Below are positions 31,669 through 41,037 of a stretch of 64,000 nt of DNA, one piece after another. A program made the position numbers and the translations under genes. The notes beneath the pieces are model-generated. The model was given only the letters and a program-made list of their open reading frames with translations. It was not told the DNA's origin and did no database searches. Position 1 is the stretch's first letter, and the number at the start of each line of letters is the position of its first letter. Origin of the DNA: an uncultured Candidatus Saccharibacteria bacterium (lineage in GTDB: Bacteria > Patescibacteriota > Minisyncoccia > Phycocordibacterales > JACOZG01); contig OZ246403.1 of assembly GCA_965230925.1 (NCBI GenBank), positions 266,455 through 330,454 on the forward strand, written 5' to 3'.

Positions 31669-32733
31669 TTAGATCAAGCGATCGAGCGCCTTAGGATTAA
31701 TTGAGTAACGATAAGCATTCTCGGCCGAAATTTCGCCCTGGCGCACCAGTTCAGCCAAAGAATGGTTGAGGTCGATCATCCCCTGATCAGACCCCGTCTC
31801 GATGACCACATCAATCTCGGCAGTGCGACCCTCACGAATCAGGTTTGCCACAGCATTATTATTAATTAAGAGTTCATAGGCTGGCACCAGACCTCCCGCC
31901 GAACGCGGAACCAGGCGCTGAGAAAAAATCCCGAGAAGAGAACTGGCAAGCTGGACCCGAATCTGCCGCTGTTGATTGGGTGGAAAAGAATCGAGGATAC
32001 GATCCACCGTTTGGGAAGCACTGTTGGTATGAAGGGTTGAGAAAATGAGATGACCCGTCTCTGCCGCTGTTACCGCCGTGGCAATAGTTTCTGGTTCGCG
32101 CATTTCTCCCACCATCGCCACGTTTACATCCTGACGGAACATCGAACGCAAAGCGGTCCTAAAAGAATGGGTATCAAAGCGCACTTCGCGCTGATCAATA
32201 ATGGAACGATCATTCTGGAAAATGTACTCAATCGGATCTTCGATGGTAATAATATGCTCAGACCGCTCTTGATTTATGAGCTGAATAAGAGCAGCTAGGG
32301 TCGTCGATTTCCCCTGCCCAACCGGTCCAACAATGAGAAAAAAGCCCTGCTCCCGCCGAGCAAAATCGGCCAAGCGATCGGGTAAATTGAGCTCGGAAAG
32401 CGGCTTGATTTTATTAGGAATTAAGCGAAAAGCGGCGCCCACCACCCCCTTCTGATAAAAAGCGTTACCGCGGAACCGAATCCCGCCCGGGACACTGTAA
32501 GAAAAGTCTATTTCTTTACTCTCGAGGAACAGAGCGCGATTTTTCTCACTCAAAGCCTCCATCACCATCCCAAGCGTATCGTCTGGCGTGAGTTCTGGTT
32601 TTTTAACAATCGGAATGAGATCCCCCGAAACACGGATGGACGGGTGCCGCCCCGCGGTTAAGTGAAGATCACTCGCCCCTTCGCGAGTCACGATCACAAT
32701 TAAATCTTCGAGCTCTTTTTTATAGTCGGTCAT
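31669..32733 (-). CDS. pilT: Pilus retraction ATPase PilT
   Basis: GASDLH, GPVGQGKST, TIEDPIE, AAETGHL, ANLIRE. Confidence 0.92.
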   Translation of the reverse strand: MTDYKKELEDLIVIVTREGASDLHLTAGRHPSIRVSGDLIPIVKKPELTPDDTLGMVMEALSEKNRALFLESKEIDFSYSVPGGIRFRGNAFYQKGVVGAAFRLIPNKIKPLSELNLPDRLADFARREQGFFLIVGPVGQGKSTTLAALIQLINQERSEHIITIEDPIEYIFQNDRSIIDQREVRFDTHSFRTALRSMFRQDVNVAMVGEMREPETIATAVTAAETGHLIFSTLHTNSASQTVDRILDSFPPNQQRQIRVQLASSLLGIFSQRLVPRSAGGLVPAYELLINNNAVANLIREGRTAEIDVVIETGSDQGMIDLNHSLAELVRQGEISAENAYRYSINPKALDRLI

Positions 32734-33140
32734 GGTGTTGCGACTGGTTTTTTACGATTCTTAGTAATTTCCTGCACCCGGGCCACCACTTCCGATGGTG
32801 TTGCGCTTGCCTTCACAATATAACCATCTACCCCGAGAGAAAGAGCGCGTTCGATATCATCTTTCTGGCCAAGATTGGAAAGTACCACCATTACCGCCTC
32901 ACGCTTCCATCCCTTATCAACAATTTCTCGAATCAATTGAAAACCATCCATACCCGGCATGATAATATCGACAAGATAAATATCTGGAACAAAACCACCC
33001 TTTAATTTTTCAATCGCTTCCGTAGCGGAAAAAGCCGGCTCAATCTGAAAACCAGATTCGCCAAACTTGATGAGATACATGTCGATAATAAACTTGTCAT
33101 CATCAACCAGGAGAATTTTTGTTTTATTAGAATCAGCCAT
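32730..33140 (-). CDS. Single-domain response regulator (CheY-like)
   Basis: ILLVDDD, DIIMPGMDG, SN, YIVK. Confidence 0.9.
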   Translation of the reverse strand: MADSNKTKILLVDDDKFIIDMYLIKFGESGFQIEPAFSATEAIEKLKGGFVPDIYLVDIIMPGMDGFQLIREIVDKGWKREAVMVVLSNLGQKDDIERALSLGVDGYIVKASATPSEVVARVQEITKNRKKPVATP

Positions 33141-33152
33141 GGTTTAAGTATA

Positions 33153-34727
33153 CTAAAGCTTGCCCACTTCCTCAAAGGGAATCTTCCCCTCAAAGGCTTT
33201 CAACAACGCATCTTCGCGCATGGTGAGAAAGCCGTTCTTCCGTGCTACCTTATAAATCTCCTCTTCGGTCGGACTCTTAAGCATAATCGCTTCCACTTCA
33301 CGATTAATCTCAAGCACCTCAAAGGCCGCTACTCGACCGCGTGTCCCTGAAGGGCAAGCCGCTGAGCGTGAGGCACGGTAGACCTTATCTGGAACAACAA
33401 TCTTCTTTCTGGTAACCGGATCAACATCCTCAAGGAAAGTATCCACCATCACCTTAATGGCACCGTCGACAAGAATTTCTTCTCGCGAATCCTCACAAAG
33501 AAGGGGTGCCAATCTTTGGCCAATAGCAAGAATCAAAGTGGCGGCGATAAGATACGGCTCAAGACCCATATCTACAAGACGCGGAATGACACCAGCCGCA
33601 TTGTTGGTATGGAGCGTGGCGAGCACCAAGTGACCGGTGAGCGAGGCTTGCACTGCAAGACGAGCCGTTTCTTCGTCGCGAATTTCTCCAACCATGATAA
33701 TGTCCGGGTCCTGGCGCAAAATACTGCGCAAACCATTGGCGAAGGTGTAATCAATTTCCGGCTTCACTTGGGATTGATTCACTCCAGCAATATTGTATTC
33801 AATTGGGTCCTCAAGACTGACAGCATTATTCTTCTCGCGATCAAGCTCGCGAAGCATGGAGTACAAAGTGGTTGTTTTACCCGAACCGGTCGGACCAGTA
33901 ACCAAAATAAGGCCGTAAGGACGCTTCAGCGCTTTCTCTACCACAACGAGCTTGTCACCGTCCAAGCCAAGCGCCGGTAAATTAAGAATAGTCCGCTCGG
34001 GATCAAGAATACGAATTACCACCTTCTCACCAAAGTAAGTGGGCAAGGTGGAAACACGGAAGTCGATCTTGCGACTATCAACGCGCGCAGAAAAGCGTCC
34101 GTCTTGCGGTTTACGCTTCTCATCAAGCTTCATATTGGTCAGGATTTTAATCCGAGCCACCACCGCATCATGAACCGTAACCGGAAGAAAAAGACTAGTG
34201 TAAAGCACGCCGTCGACACGGAAGCGCACTTTCACATTGGTGTCTGACGGCTCAATGTGAATATCGGAAGCTCCACCACCTGTAGCGTGTTGAATGATCA
34301 CCGCCACGATCTTAGTCACCGGAGCATCTTCGATCATCTTTGCCCCTTCTTCCTTAATTGAAGCGGCACCACGCTCCTCTTTTATCTCCGCTTGTTCAGA
34401 CTTAATCTCGGCATCAAGATCGCCTAATGCTTTAGAAACTTGAGTCGAGAGACCTTCATACCCTTTTACCAAATTATCAAAGTCAGCCTGAGAAATCTGG
34501 AAAATCTTAAACGGCATCCCGAGGCGCGAGGTAATAAACTGCAAGGCGTCGCGCGCCTCAAGATTAGTGGGATCAATCATCCCCACCTCAAGCACCCCAT
34601 CGGTTAAACCAACTGGGACAAAGTTGTAGTAATTGGCCGAGTTGAGCGGTATTTGCTTAAGAATCTCCGGTGAGACCTTCTCGCCTTCGGCGAATGTTTT
34701 AACCGGAATAACGAGGTCCTTATCCAT
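33153..34727 (-). CDS. pilB: Pilus assembly ATPase PilB (GspE family)
   Basis: ASDIHIEP, GPTGSGKTTT, LRQDPD, TGHLVLATLH. Confidence 0.93.
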   Translation of the reverse strand: MDKDLVIPVKTFAEGEKVSPEILKQIPLNSANYYNFVPVGLTDGVLEVGMIDPTNLEARDALQFITSRLGMPFKIFQISQADFDNLVKGYEGLSTQVSKALGDLDAEIKSEQAEIKEERGAASIKEEGAKMIEDAPVTKIVAVIIQHATGGGASDIHIEPSDTNVKVRFRVDGVLYTSLFLPVTVHDAVVARIKILTNMKLDEKRKPQDGRFSARVDSRKIDFRVSTLPTYFGEKVVIRILDPERTILNLPALGLDGDKLVVVEKALKRPYGLILVTGPTGSGKTTTLYSMLRELDREKNNAVSLEDPIEYNIAGVNQSQVKPEIDYTFANGLRSILRQDPDIIMVGEIRDEETARLAVQASLTGHLVLATLHTNNAAGVIPRLVDMGLEPYLIAATLILAIGQRLAPLLCEDSREEILVDGAIKVMVDTFLEDVDPVTRKKIVVPDKVYRASRSAACPSGTRGRVAAFEVLEINREVEAIMLKSPTEEEIYKVARKNGFLTMREDALLKAFEGKIPFEEVGKL

Positions 34728-34732
34728 GAGGC

Positions 34733-35065
34733 TTAGAGCGGCGCAAAGGGATTCGGTCGGCCGGGATCTTCTGGTTCGAGTTCAAAACTGGAATCGGTTA
34801 AACGTTTGTTGAAAACATCATTGGAAAAAATGTCACTCTTGAGTTCAATTCCTTCAAGACTCTTCAATTGTTGCAAAAATTCATCATTTGACTGGGCAAG
34901 GGCTTCTAGTTCTCCACTCTTATCGCTCGCAGAAGAAAACCCGGATGGTGTGAGCCCTGGATCTACTTCTGGTTCCGGACGGAGAAAGAAGTAATAAACA
35001 CCAAAAGCCAAAACCGCAACGAGAACGAAGGTGATGAGACCAAAGCGAGTTTTAGAACCAGTCAT
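34733..35065 (-). CDS. Small membrane protein in the PilP position
   Basis: N-terminal TM, C-terminal GRPNPFAP, located between pilO and pilB. Confidence 0.6.
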   Translation of the reverse strand: MTGSKTRFGLITFVLVAVLAFGVYYFFLRPEPEVDPGLTPSGFSSASDKSGELEALAQSNDEFLQQLKSLEGIELKSDIFSNDVFNKRLTDSSFELEPEDPGRPNPFAPL

Positions 35066-35066
35066 A

Positions 35067-35615
35067 TTATTTATTTAACCAATAGGTTCGTAATTGGACC
35101 GTATAGCTGTAGAAATCTTGAGCCGTGGCCGAAAGAGAAAATCCGGTCACATCAAGGATTCGTAAATTGTCTGAAAGGTTTGCCATAAAAGACTTAAACA
35201 ATTGGTAAGAGCCAGAAACGTTAAAACTAATGTCGACCTGATTCAAACTGTTTTCCTCCGCCGTCGCTTCGGGATTGCTTCTTTCTTCGCTATCACCACC
35301 CACATCTACCACCAGACCAGAAAGCGGCATGCCAGCGCGAACACCAACCCGCAACATTTCAATAATCAATCGCACATTATCCACATGATCAGGGATAAGC
35401 TTATTGAGTCGGTCGAGCTGTTCTTCGGTAATGGCATTTTTCTTATGCCTTAATTCCTCCTGGCGATTAGCAAGCTTGCCAGCGTTTTCAAGACCAAGAT
35501 TTAATTCTTGTTTTGTGGCCTTGAGCTCCTCGATCTGACTCAAGACCGGATCAGTGAAGTAGAAAAAGATGACGGCCGCGAGAGCAAGGAAAATGATTGG
35601 GAGAAATGCGCGCAT
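35067..35615 (-). CDS. pilO: PilO-like protein
   Basis: TM, coiled coil, LIPD, GSYQLFKSFMANL..NLRI. Confidence 0.8.
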   Translation of the reverse strand: MRAFLPIIFLALAAVIFFYFTDPVLSQIEELKATKQELNLGLENAGKLANRQEELRHKKNAITEEQLDRLNKLIPDHVDNVRLIIEMLRVGVRAGMPLSGLVVDVGGDSEERSNPEATAEENSLNQVDISFNVSGSYQLFKSFMANLSDNLRILDVTGFSLSATAQDFYSYTVQLRTYWLNK

Positions 35616-35616
35616 A

Positions 35617-36237
35617 TTATGAACTTAAACTCTCAATATAAGCTTTATAAGAGGTAATCCCGGGCTTGATGGTGAGGGAAAGACTAAAACTTACTGACCC
35701 AAAGGCATCCGGGGAAAGACCAGAAAAAAGAAAAGTCTCTACGTCCTTACTCGCCGCAAACACATCAGACTGGAGAGCAATACTCTCATAACCCTTAGCT
35801 CGACCAGAAAGAGTAATTTGATTATCACTATAACTGGCACCCGAATATTGAACTGAGGGTAAAGTTAAATCTTCTAACAACTTAAAGACGGGAACAATGG
35901 TGTTGTGATTGTCTAAAACACTCTCAGCGGCCTTAATTTTAGCATCCTTACGGCGGAAATCTTCAATAAGTTCTCGCTGGAAACCGGCTCGAATCCGTTC
36001 AAGACGCGCCCGGAGACCACAGCCATCAGTAGAAGTAATCACATTATCTTGGCAATCCGCCTCAATTTGATTACGCAAAAACTTCGCATAGGCATAACTA
36101 CCACCCAGAAAGACAATCGCAATGAGTAAAACAAGAACAGAAACGAGCATGAACAGGCCGATCATCGGCACTTCACGGCGAGTGCTCTTAGCAAGCGACT
36201 CTTTAGGAATAAATGATTGAGGGATATTTGATTCCAT
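35617..36237 (-). CDS. pilN: PilN-like protein
   Basis: SFIPK N-terminal motif, TM, LEDLTLPSV, LSGRA; follows pilM. Confidence 0.7.
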   Translation of the reverse strand: MESNIPQSFIPKESLAKSTRREVPMIGLFMLVSVLVLLIAIVFLGGSYAYAKFLRNQIEADCQDNVITSTDGCGLRARLERIRAGFQRELIEDFRRKDAKIKAAESVLDNHNTIVPVFKLLEDLTLPSVQYSGASYSDNQITLSGRAKGYESIALQSDVFAASKDVETFLFSGLSPDAFGSVSFSLSLTIKPGITSYKAYIESLSS

Positions 36238-36241
36238 AAAT

Positions 36242-37357
36242 TTAACCAATTTCTTCTAGGTGGCGCAGAGCGAGCCCCACGGCCACCGAGAAGCCGGGAC
36301 CGGTTTCCTTCAGCACTTTGTCGAGAAAAGCAGGGTACTCAACCTTATCAAAAGCTTGGCCAATCTCGACCGGAATCTCGAAACTAGTCTTGGCCACATC
36401 AAGGAGACCGTGGAGCAAACTACCGCCACCAATGAGCACAATCTTGGTCACCGCGCGCTTTTCCCGCTCCTGATACGAGGTAATGACCTTGTTTACCTCA
36501 GTAAAAATGTACTCGACAATAGTGCTCACCGTACCCGAAACATTCTCGGCGCCAGGCTGTTCCACCAGACCAACACGGCGCTTAATCTCCTCAGCCTTGG
36601 CGAAATCGACTCCCAAGGAACGCGAGATGGCAACAGTAATGTCTTGCGAGCCCTTCCCGATCGTATGCGAGAGTCTCACAATGCCGTAATCAACGATTGC
36701 CATCTTGGCTGTGGCGGCACCGATGTCGAGAATCGCCACCGCGTTCATCTCGCCAGCAAACACCGCTCGGATAGCGCTGAAGGTCTCGATCTCGAGAAAA
36801 GCTGGCGGAAGTTCCGCGATTCGCCCAATCTCTTGGTATTGCTTAATGGTGTCTTTATGAATCGCTACAATCAAGACCTCGATTGTTTTCCCTGCTTCAT
36901 CGCCAGCCGTTTTCAAAATTCTTTTCGGGATAATCCACCAATCGAGCTCCACTTCAGAAATTGGAACCGGGATATACTTTCGCGCTTCAATCGGAACCAT
37001 CTTCGTCAGCTTACTCTCGCCGAGATCGGGCAAAGCCACCATGGTAAGCAAACTCGACCGGAGCGGGATCGCCATCGCCACAGCCTGCGTGGTAATATTG
37101 GCCTCGGTAAACAAATCTTTCAAAAGCGGTGCCATCTTCTCGGGCGACAAATTAGTGACTTGCCCCACTGCAAGATTGCCATACGGACCAAGGGCAATCT
37201 CACCATATGTCTCGAGAATGACGCGACCTTTCTCCTTCCGCAATTGCACTGCCTTCACCGACGAAGTGCCAATATCAACACCAACAACCTGATTCCCCTG
37301 CTTGTGCCAAAGACCATTCTTGCCGAAAGAAAGAAACTTCGAAAAAGGGTTGGACAT
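36242..37357 (-). CDS. pilM: Pilus assembly protein PilM (FtsA-like)
   Basis: VGVDIGTSSVK, LDIGA, LIGGGS, AVGLALR. Confidence 0.92.
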   Translation of the reverse strand: MSNPFSKFLSFGKNGLWHKQGNQVVGVDIGTSSVKAVQLRKEKGRVILETYGEIALGPYGNLAVGQVTNLSPEKMAPLLKDLFTEANITTQAVAMAIPLRSSLLTMVALPDLGESKLTKMVPIEARKYIPVPISEVELDWWIIPKRILKTAGDEAGKTIEVLIVAIHKDTIKQYQEIGRIAELPPAFLEIETFSAIRAVFAGEMNAVAILDIGAATAKMAIVDYGIVRLSHTIGKGSQDITVAISRSLGVDFAKAEEIKRRVGLVEQPGAENVSGTVSTIVEYIFTEVNKVITSYQEREKRAVTKIVLIGGGSLLHGLLDVAKTSFEIPVEIGQAFDKVEYPAFLDKVLKETGPGFSVAVGLALRHLEEIG

Positions 37358-37398
37358 AAAAATTTGCGCTCACGGCAAGCTGTCGCATTATATCATCA

Positions 37399-38052
37399 AT
37401 GTTTGAAAACTTTATCCACACAATCCTTGATTTCGTCCTCCCGCCTCGTTGTTTGGGTTGCAAACGGCCAGCCCAATACTTATGCACCACTTGCATCAGA
37501 GAGATTCCGCGCGCCGACACCATTGATCTCGAGCATAGTTACGCGCTTTTCACCTATCATGATCCTCGGGTAAAAAAGCTTATTTGGAAACTCAAGTATC
37601 ACGGTCTCACTGCCGTCGCTCCGCGCATCGCAAGCCTTCTTCATGACTTAATTCTCCCTGATCTCGCCGAAATTTCTTTGTTTGAAGCGGGAAAAGTACT
37701 CCTCGTCCCCATTCCGATTACCTCAAAACGCCAAAAAGAGCGGGGTTTTAACCAAGCCGCAGTACTTGCCAAGCATCTAGCCAGGAAAAATCCTGAATCA
37801 CTCATTTACGCACCCAATATTTTGCAAAAAACTAAAGATACTCCAACTCAAGTCTCGATCAAAAACCGCGCCGAGAGGCTAAAGAATCTCGCGGGCGCCT
37901 TCGCCGTCACCGATCCAGATAAAGTGAAAAATCAAACCATTCTCATTCTCGATGACGTTATCACCACCGGCACCACCGTCCGCGAAGCCCGCCGCGTCCT
38001 TCTCCAATCCAACGCCAAAAAAGTTCTCACACTTGCAGTAGCGCATGGGTAA
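37399..38052 (+). CDS. comF: ComF-family competence protein (Zn finger + PRTase)
   Basis: CLGC..CTTC, RGFNQA, LDDVITTGTT. Confidence 0.92.
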   Translation: MFENFIHTILDFVLPPRCLGCKRPAQYLCTTCIREIPRADTIDLEHSYALFTYHDPRVKKLIWKLKYHGLTAVAPRIASLLHDLILPDLAEISLFEAGKVLLVPIPITSKRQKERGFNQAAVLAKHLARKNPESLIYAPNILQKTKDTPTQVSIKNRAERLKNLAGAFAVTDPDKVKNQTILILDDVITTGTTVREARRVLLQSNAKKVLTLAVAHG

Positions 38053-38061
38053 AAAGAAAAA

Positions 38062-38148
38062 CGGAGGAGGTGGGATTCGAACCCACGGGCCCCATTTCTA
38101 GGGCCACGGTTTAGCAAACCGTTCCGTTAACCGCTCCGGCACTCCTCC
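38062..38148 (-). tRNA. tRNA-Ser(GCU)
   Basis: GGAGGAG...ACGGT-TTGCTAA-ACCGT, long variable arm, GTTCGAATCC, CTCCTCCG. Confidence 0.95.
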
Positions 38149-38223
38149 AATTCATCGACCACAAACTAACACATTTCTTTATCACTGACCATTCTGGTCA
38201 CATGATATACTTGAGTTGTAATT

Positions 38224-40254
38224 ATGGGACAATTCAAGAATCATCCCCACCTATTAACCCTGCTTCTCGTCGGAACATTTCTCATTCTAATAACCATCTA
38301 TTATCAAGACCGTTTACCGACTATTTTTACCTTCGCGCCCCAACAAACCTCCAAAACACCCGGCGGCTTGTTGGAGAAAGCGGTGATCAACGAATTAACC
38401 GAGTTAACACCAGTCAATCAAGAGAGTGAACCCGGTGGCTCCGGCACCGATCTTCTTTCTGAAGTCGACACCAATTCCGATGATTCGCAAGATGAGGATG
38501 ACGAGACAGAACCGCCACGAGAACCAGCGCCACCACCAGACAATGCCACCTGCATAGACTACGGCTCAACAAATGGTCTTCTGACCGTAGAAGGCCAACC
38601 TTATTTCCCCATCGGCCTCTGGGGCATGGGTGGATTAGTGCCGTGGTCGCAGTTTGACGACAGTTTCAATGCCATTGTTGACGCGCCCTGGCCAGCTCTA
38701 CCCGACACCTTGCTTGGCGAACACGGGACCAAATTGTTTTCGCAAGTCCAAAACTCGGTGGCCGCCATCAATCAACAAGAAGATTATCAAAACATTATCG
38801 GTTGGGAATTACCCCATGAAGGTTATCACGAAGGTTACGGTTACAGTGACGAGGAGTTAATCGCTCTCGCCAATGACTTTCGCCAAGCGGACAATTGCCA
38901 TCGCCCCGTTTTTCTCTCCCTTTCTCTGGGCCAAAGTGATCGTTTGGCAGGTTTAAGCGGTGGGCTAGACATGACTTTTGTACAGGCGGGTTATGGACTG
39001 CAAGTGCTACCAATCAAAACCGTCGGCCCTATTATCAAAGACGTAGTTCAAAACATGGCCGGCAAACCTGTCATTGCGGTCAATGAAATTAGTAGTTATC
39101 AACCAGATCGTTACCGTCTCGTGCGCCGACCGCTCAATTTCGGCGAATTACGCGCCGTGTCTTATAGCGAGATTGTAAACGGCGCGAGGGGTGTTTTCTT
39201 CTGGAGTTACCGCCACGGCATGGAAGATACGGGTGATTACGGCTTCGAGGAACAAGAAATTTCCGAGTTTGCTCTTCATGATTCTCCGGATTACAACCAA
39301 GCAGTTTTCGATCTGGGACGGGAATTGAAAACACGAACTAACCTCTTTCTAAAAAATTCCCCCAATATCACGGCGCAAAGTAGCAATCCCGGGGTGGAAT
39401 GTGCCGTCTTTGAGAAAAATCATGCCGGGGCAACTAAACCTTACATTGTCTGCGTAAACGTATCACAAATGGTGAACAATTATCTCGATTATGGCGGTGG
39501 GGCAACTGTGCACCGCCTCTTTGCCCAAGCTGAAGCCACCACCGGTGAATTCTATCCCGCTCAATTCTCCACTTATTTTCCTTTCGAAACGGTAGATTTA
39601 ACCATAGACAGTGTCAGTCAGGCTCCGGGAAAGATCTTGTTCCAAAATATTTACACTGGCATCACCAACACCCCGCGCACCTTAGACAAAGTAAAGATTT
39701 TCTTCGACAACGGTTCGACCCCCGGAACCCAATTCCAATACGCGATTTATAAAGATGACACGAGGGATGAGGTGCCAGACGCTAGACTGTGGCTGTCTGA
39801 CCCCGTTCCCGTTCCCACCACTGCTGGTTATTATGAATTCCCACTACCCAATATCACCGTCGAGCCAATCAAACACCATTTCCTCGCTATTAAGCCTGCC
39901 CCCGGCTCAAATGGCTCCATCTACGTTCGCCGGCAAGATGTGCGTGGCGGAGCACGAGTAAAAGACAATAATCCAGCGCCAGACTATCAGCCAAGGTGGG
40001 GGGATGTACCCCTTAACGAGAATTTTGGACCACTTTTTTCCGACAACCCTGTTTTTGGCGCACAAATTACCGTGAGCGGCGGCAATTTCAACACTTATTG
40101 TTCTAATATTTCCGCGAATACGCTTGATCCTGACACTTGCACCTCGGGTACGCTAAATAATAATAAAATTGTAACAGAACTTGTGCCCGGGTATTCTGGA
40201 CCGTATGTCAACTTCGACCCCTACGCCGTTCATATCTATCGCTTAGATAATTAA
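38224..40254 (+). CDS. Membrane-anchored glycoside-hydrolase-like protein (TIM barrel + beta-sandwich)
   Basis: TM, acidic/Pro linker, GQPYFPIGLW, IIGWELPHE, ELRAVSYSEIVNGARGVFFWSY. Confidence 0.55.
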   Translation: MGQFKNHPHLLTLLLVGTFLILITIYYQDRLPTIFTFAPQQTSKTPGGLLEKAVINELTELTPVNQESEPGGSGTDLLSEVDTNSDDSQDEDDETEPPREPAPPPDNATCIDYGSTNGLLTVEGQPYFPIGLWGMGGLVPWSQFDDSFNAIVDAPWPALPDTLLGEHGTKLFSQVQNSVAAINQQEDYQNIIGWELPHEGYHEGYGYSDEELIALANDFRQADNCHRPVFLSLSLGQSDRLAGLSGGLDMTFVQAGYGLQVLPIKTVGPIIKDVVQNMAGKPVIAVNEISSYQPDRYRLVRRPLNFGELRAVSYSEIVNGARGVFFWSYRHGMEDTGDYGFEEQEISEFALHDSPDYNQAVFDLGRELKTRTNLFLKNSPNITAQSSNPGVECAVFEKNHAGATKPYIVCVNVSQMVNNYLDYGGGATVHRLFAQAEATTGEFYPAQFSTYFPFETVDLTIDSVSQAPGKILFQNIYTGITNTPRTLDKVKIFFDNGSTPGTQFQYAIYKDDTRDEVPDARLWLSDPVPVPTTAGYYEFPLPNITVEPIKHHFLAIKPAPGSNGSIYVRRQDVRGGARVKDNNPAPDYQPRWGDVPLNENFGPLFSDNPVFGAQITVSGGNFNTYCSNISANTLDPDTCTSGTLNNNKIVTELVPGYSGPYVNFDPYAVHIYRLDN

Positions 40255-40578
40255 TTACTTCACCTCGCTCCCTGGAGCAACTTCGCGCTCGGGGTGAAGG
40301 ACAATTGGTCCAGTTTCGCCACTCGCGGCGAGAACCATGCCTTGGCTTTCGAGGCCGCGGATCGTGCGCGGCTCGAGATTGGTGAGCACGGGCAAAAGTT
40401 TGCCAACCAAAACCGTGGGGTCGGGATATGACATGGCAATACCGGAAATAATTTGCCGCTGTTCGCCACCAAAGTCGATCATCAGACGCAAAAGTTTATC
40501 GGCCTCGGGCACTTTCTCAGCCGAGACCACTTTACCAATTTTAATCTCGAGTTTCTTGAAGTCGTCGATGGTGATCAC
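40255..40578 (-). CDS. Stand-alone tRNA-binding OB-fold (Trbp111/CsaA/MetRS-beta-like)
   Basis: ITIDDFKKLEIKIG, DKLL, NLEPR..RGLESQGMVLAA. Confidence 0.92.
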   Translation of the reverse strand: MITIDDFKKLEIKIGKVVSAEKVPEADKLLRLMIDFGGEQRQIISGIAMSYPDPTVLVGKLLPVLTNLEPRTIRGLESQGMVLAASGETGPIVLHPEREVAPGSEVK

Positions 40579-40581
40579 AAA

Positions 40582-40638
40582 CTATTTCTTCTTGGGTTTC
40601 TTTTTCTCTTTGCGTTGAGACGCATTACCTTTGGCCAT
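40582..40638 (-). CDS. 18-aa Lys-rich micro-protein MAKGNASQRKEKKKPKKK
   Basis: Manual translation; TGCTACAAT promoter and AT-rich leader upstream; stop lies 3 nt before the next start. Confidence 0.6.
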   Translation of the reverse strand: MAKGNASQRKEKKKPKKK

Positions 40639-40739
40639 AAAATTAAATTTAACTGCTAATCCTAAAATTGTAGCACAAAAAAGAACCGCCTCAAGTTTAC
40701 CTGTCGGCAAACTCGAGAGCGATTCTTTTTCGGCGTTAT

Positions 40740-40937
40740 TTAGACGCGAGTAACGTTGGTGGCAGCTGGTCCCTTCTCGCCGTCAACGACGTCGAAGGAC
40801 AAAGTATCACCCTCCTTGAGCTCCTCGTAGGTCACACCCTTCAACTCCTTGGAGTGGAAGAAGAGGTCCTTGGCCTCGCCCTCACGAGCAATGAAGCCGA
40901 ATCCTTTCGGGGTCAGAGTTTTGATTGTTCCTGTCAT
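40740..40937 (-). CDS. Cold-shock domain protein
   Basis: KGFGFI, LFFHS, KGPAATNV. Confidence 0.95.
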   Translation of the reverse strand: MTGTIKTLTPKGFGFIAREGEAKDLFFHSKELKGVTYEELKEGDTLSFDVVDGEKGPAATNVTRV

Positions 40938-41037
40938 GTAATTTGTTTGTTTTTTAATTGCTATACCCTAGAAACTCGACTCGGCTTCTGTGCTCTTTGC
41001 ACCCCTAGACTATAGGCTAAAAGCAAGATTTTGGCAA

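Noticed and set aside
36260-37573. 437-aa plus-strand ORF opposite pilM
   Set aside because: Antisense shadow of a clearly conserved gene; low-complexity His/Arg/Leu composition.
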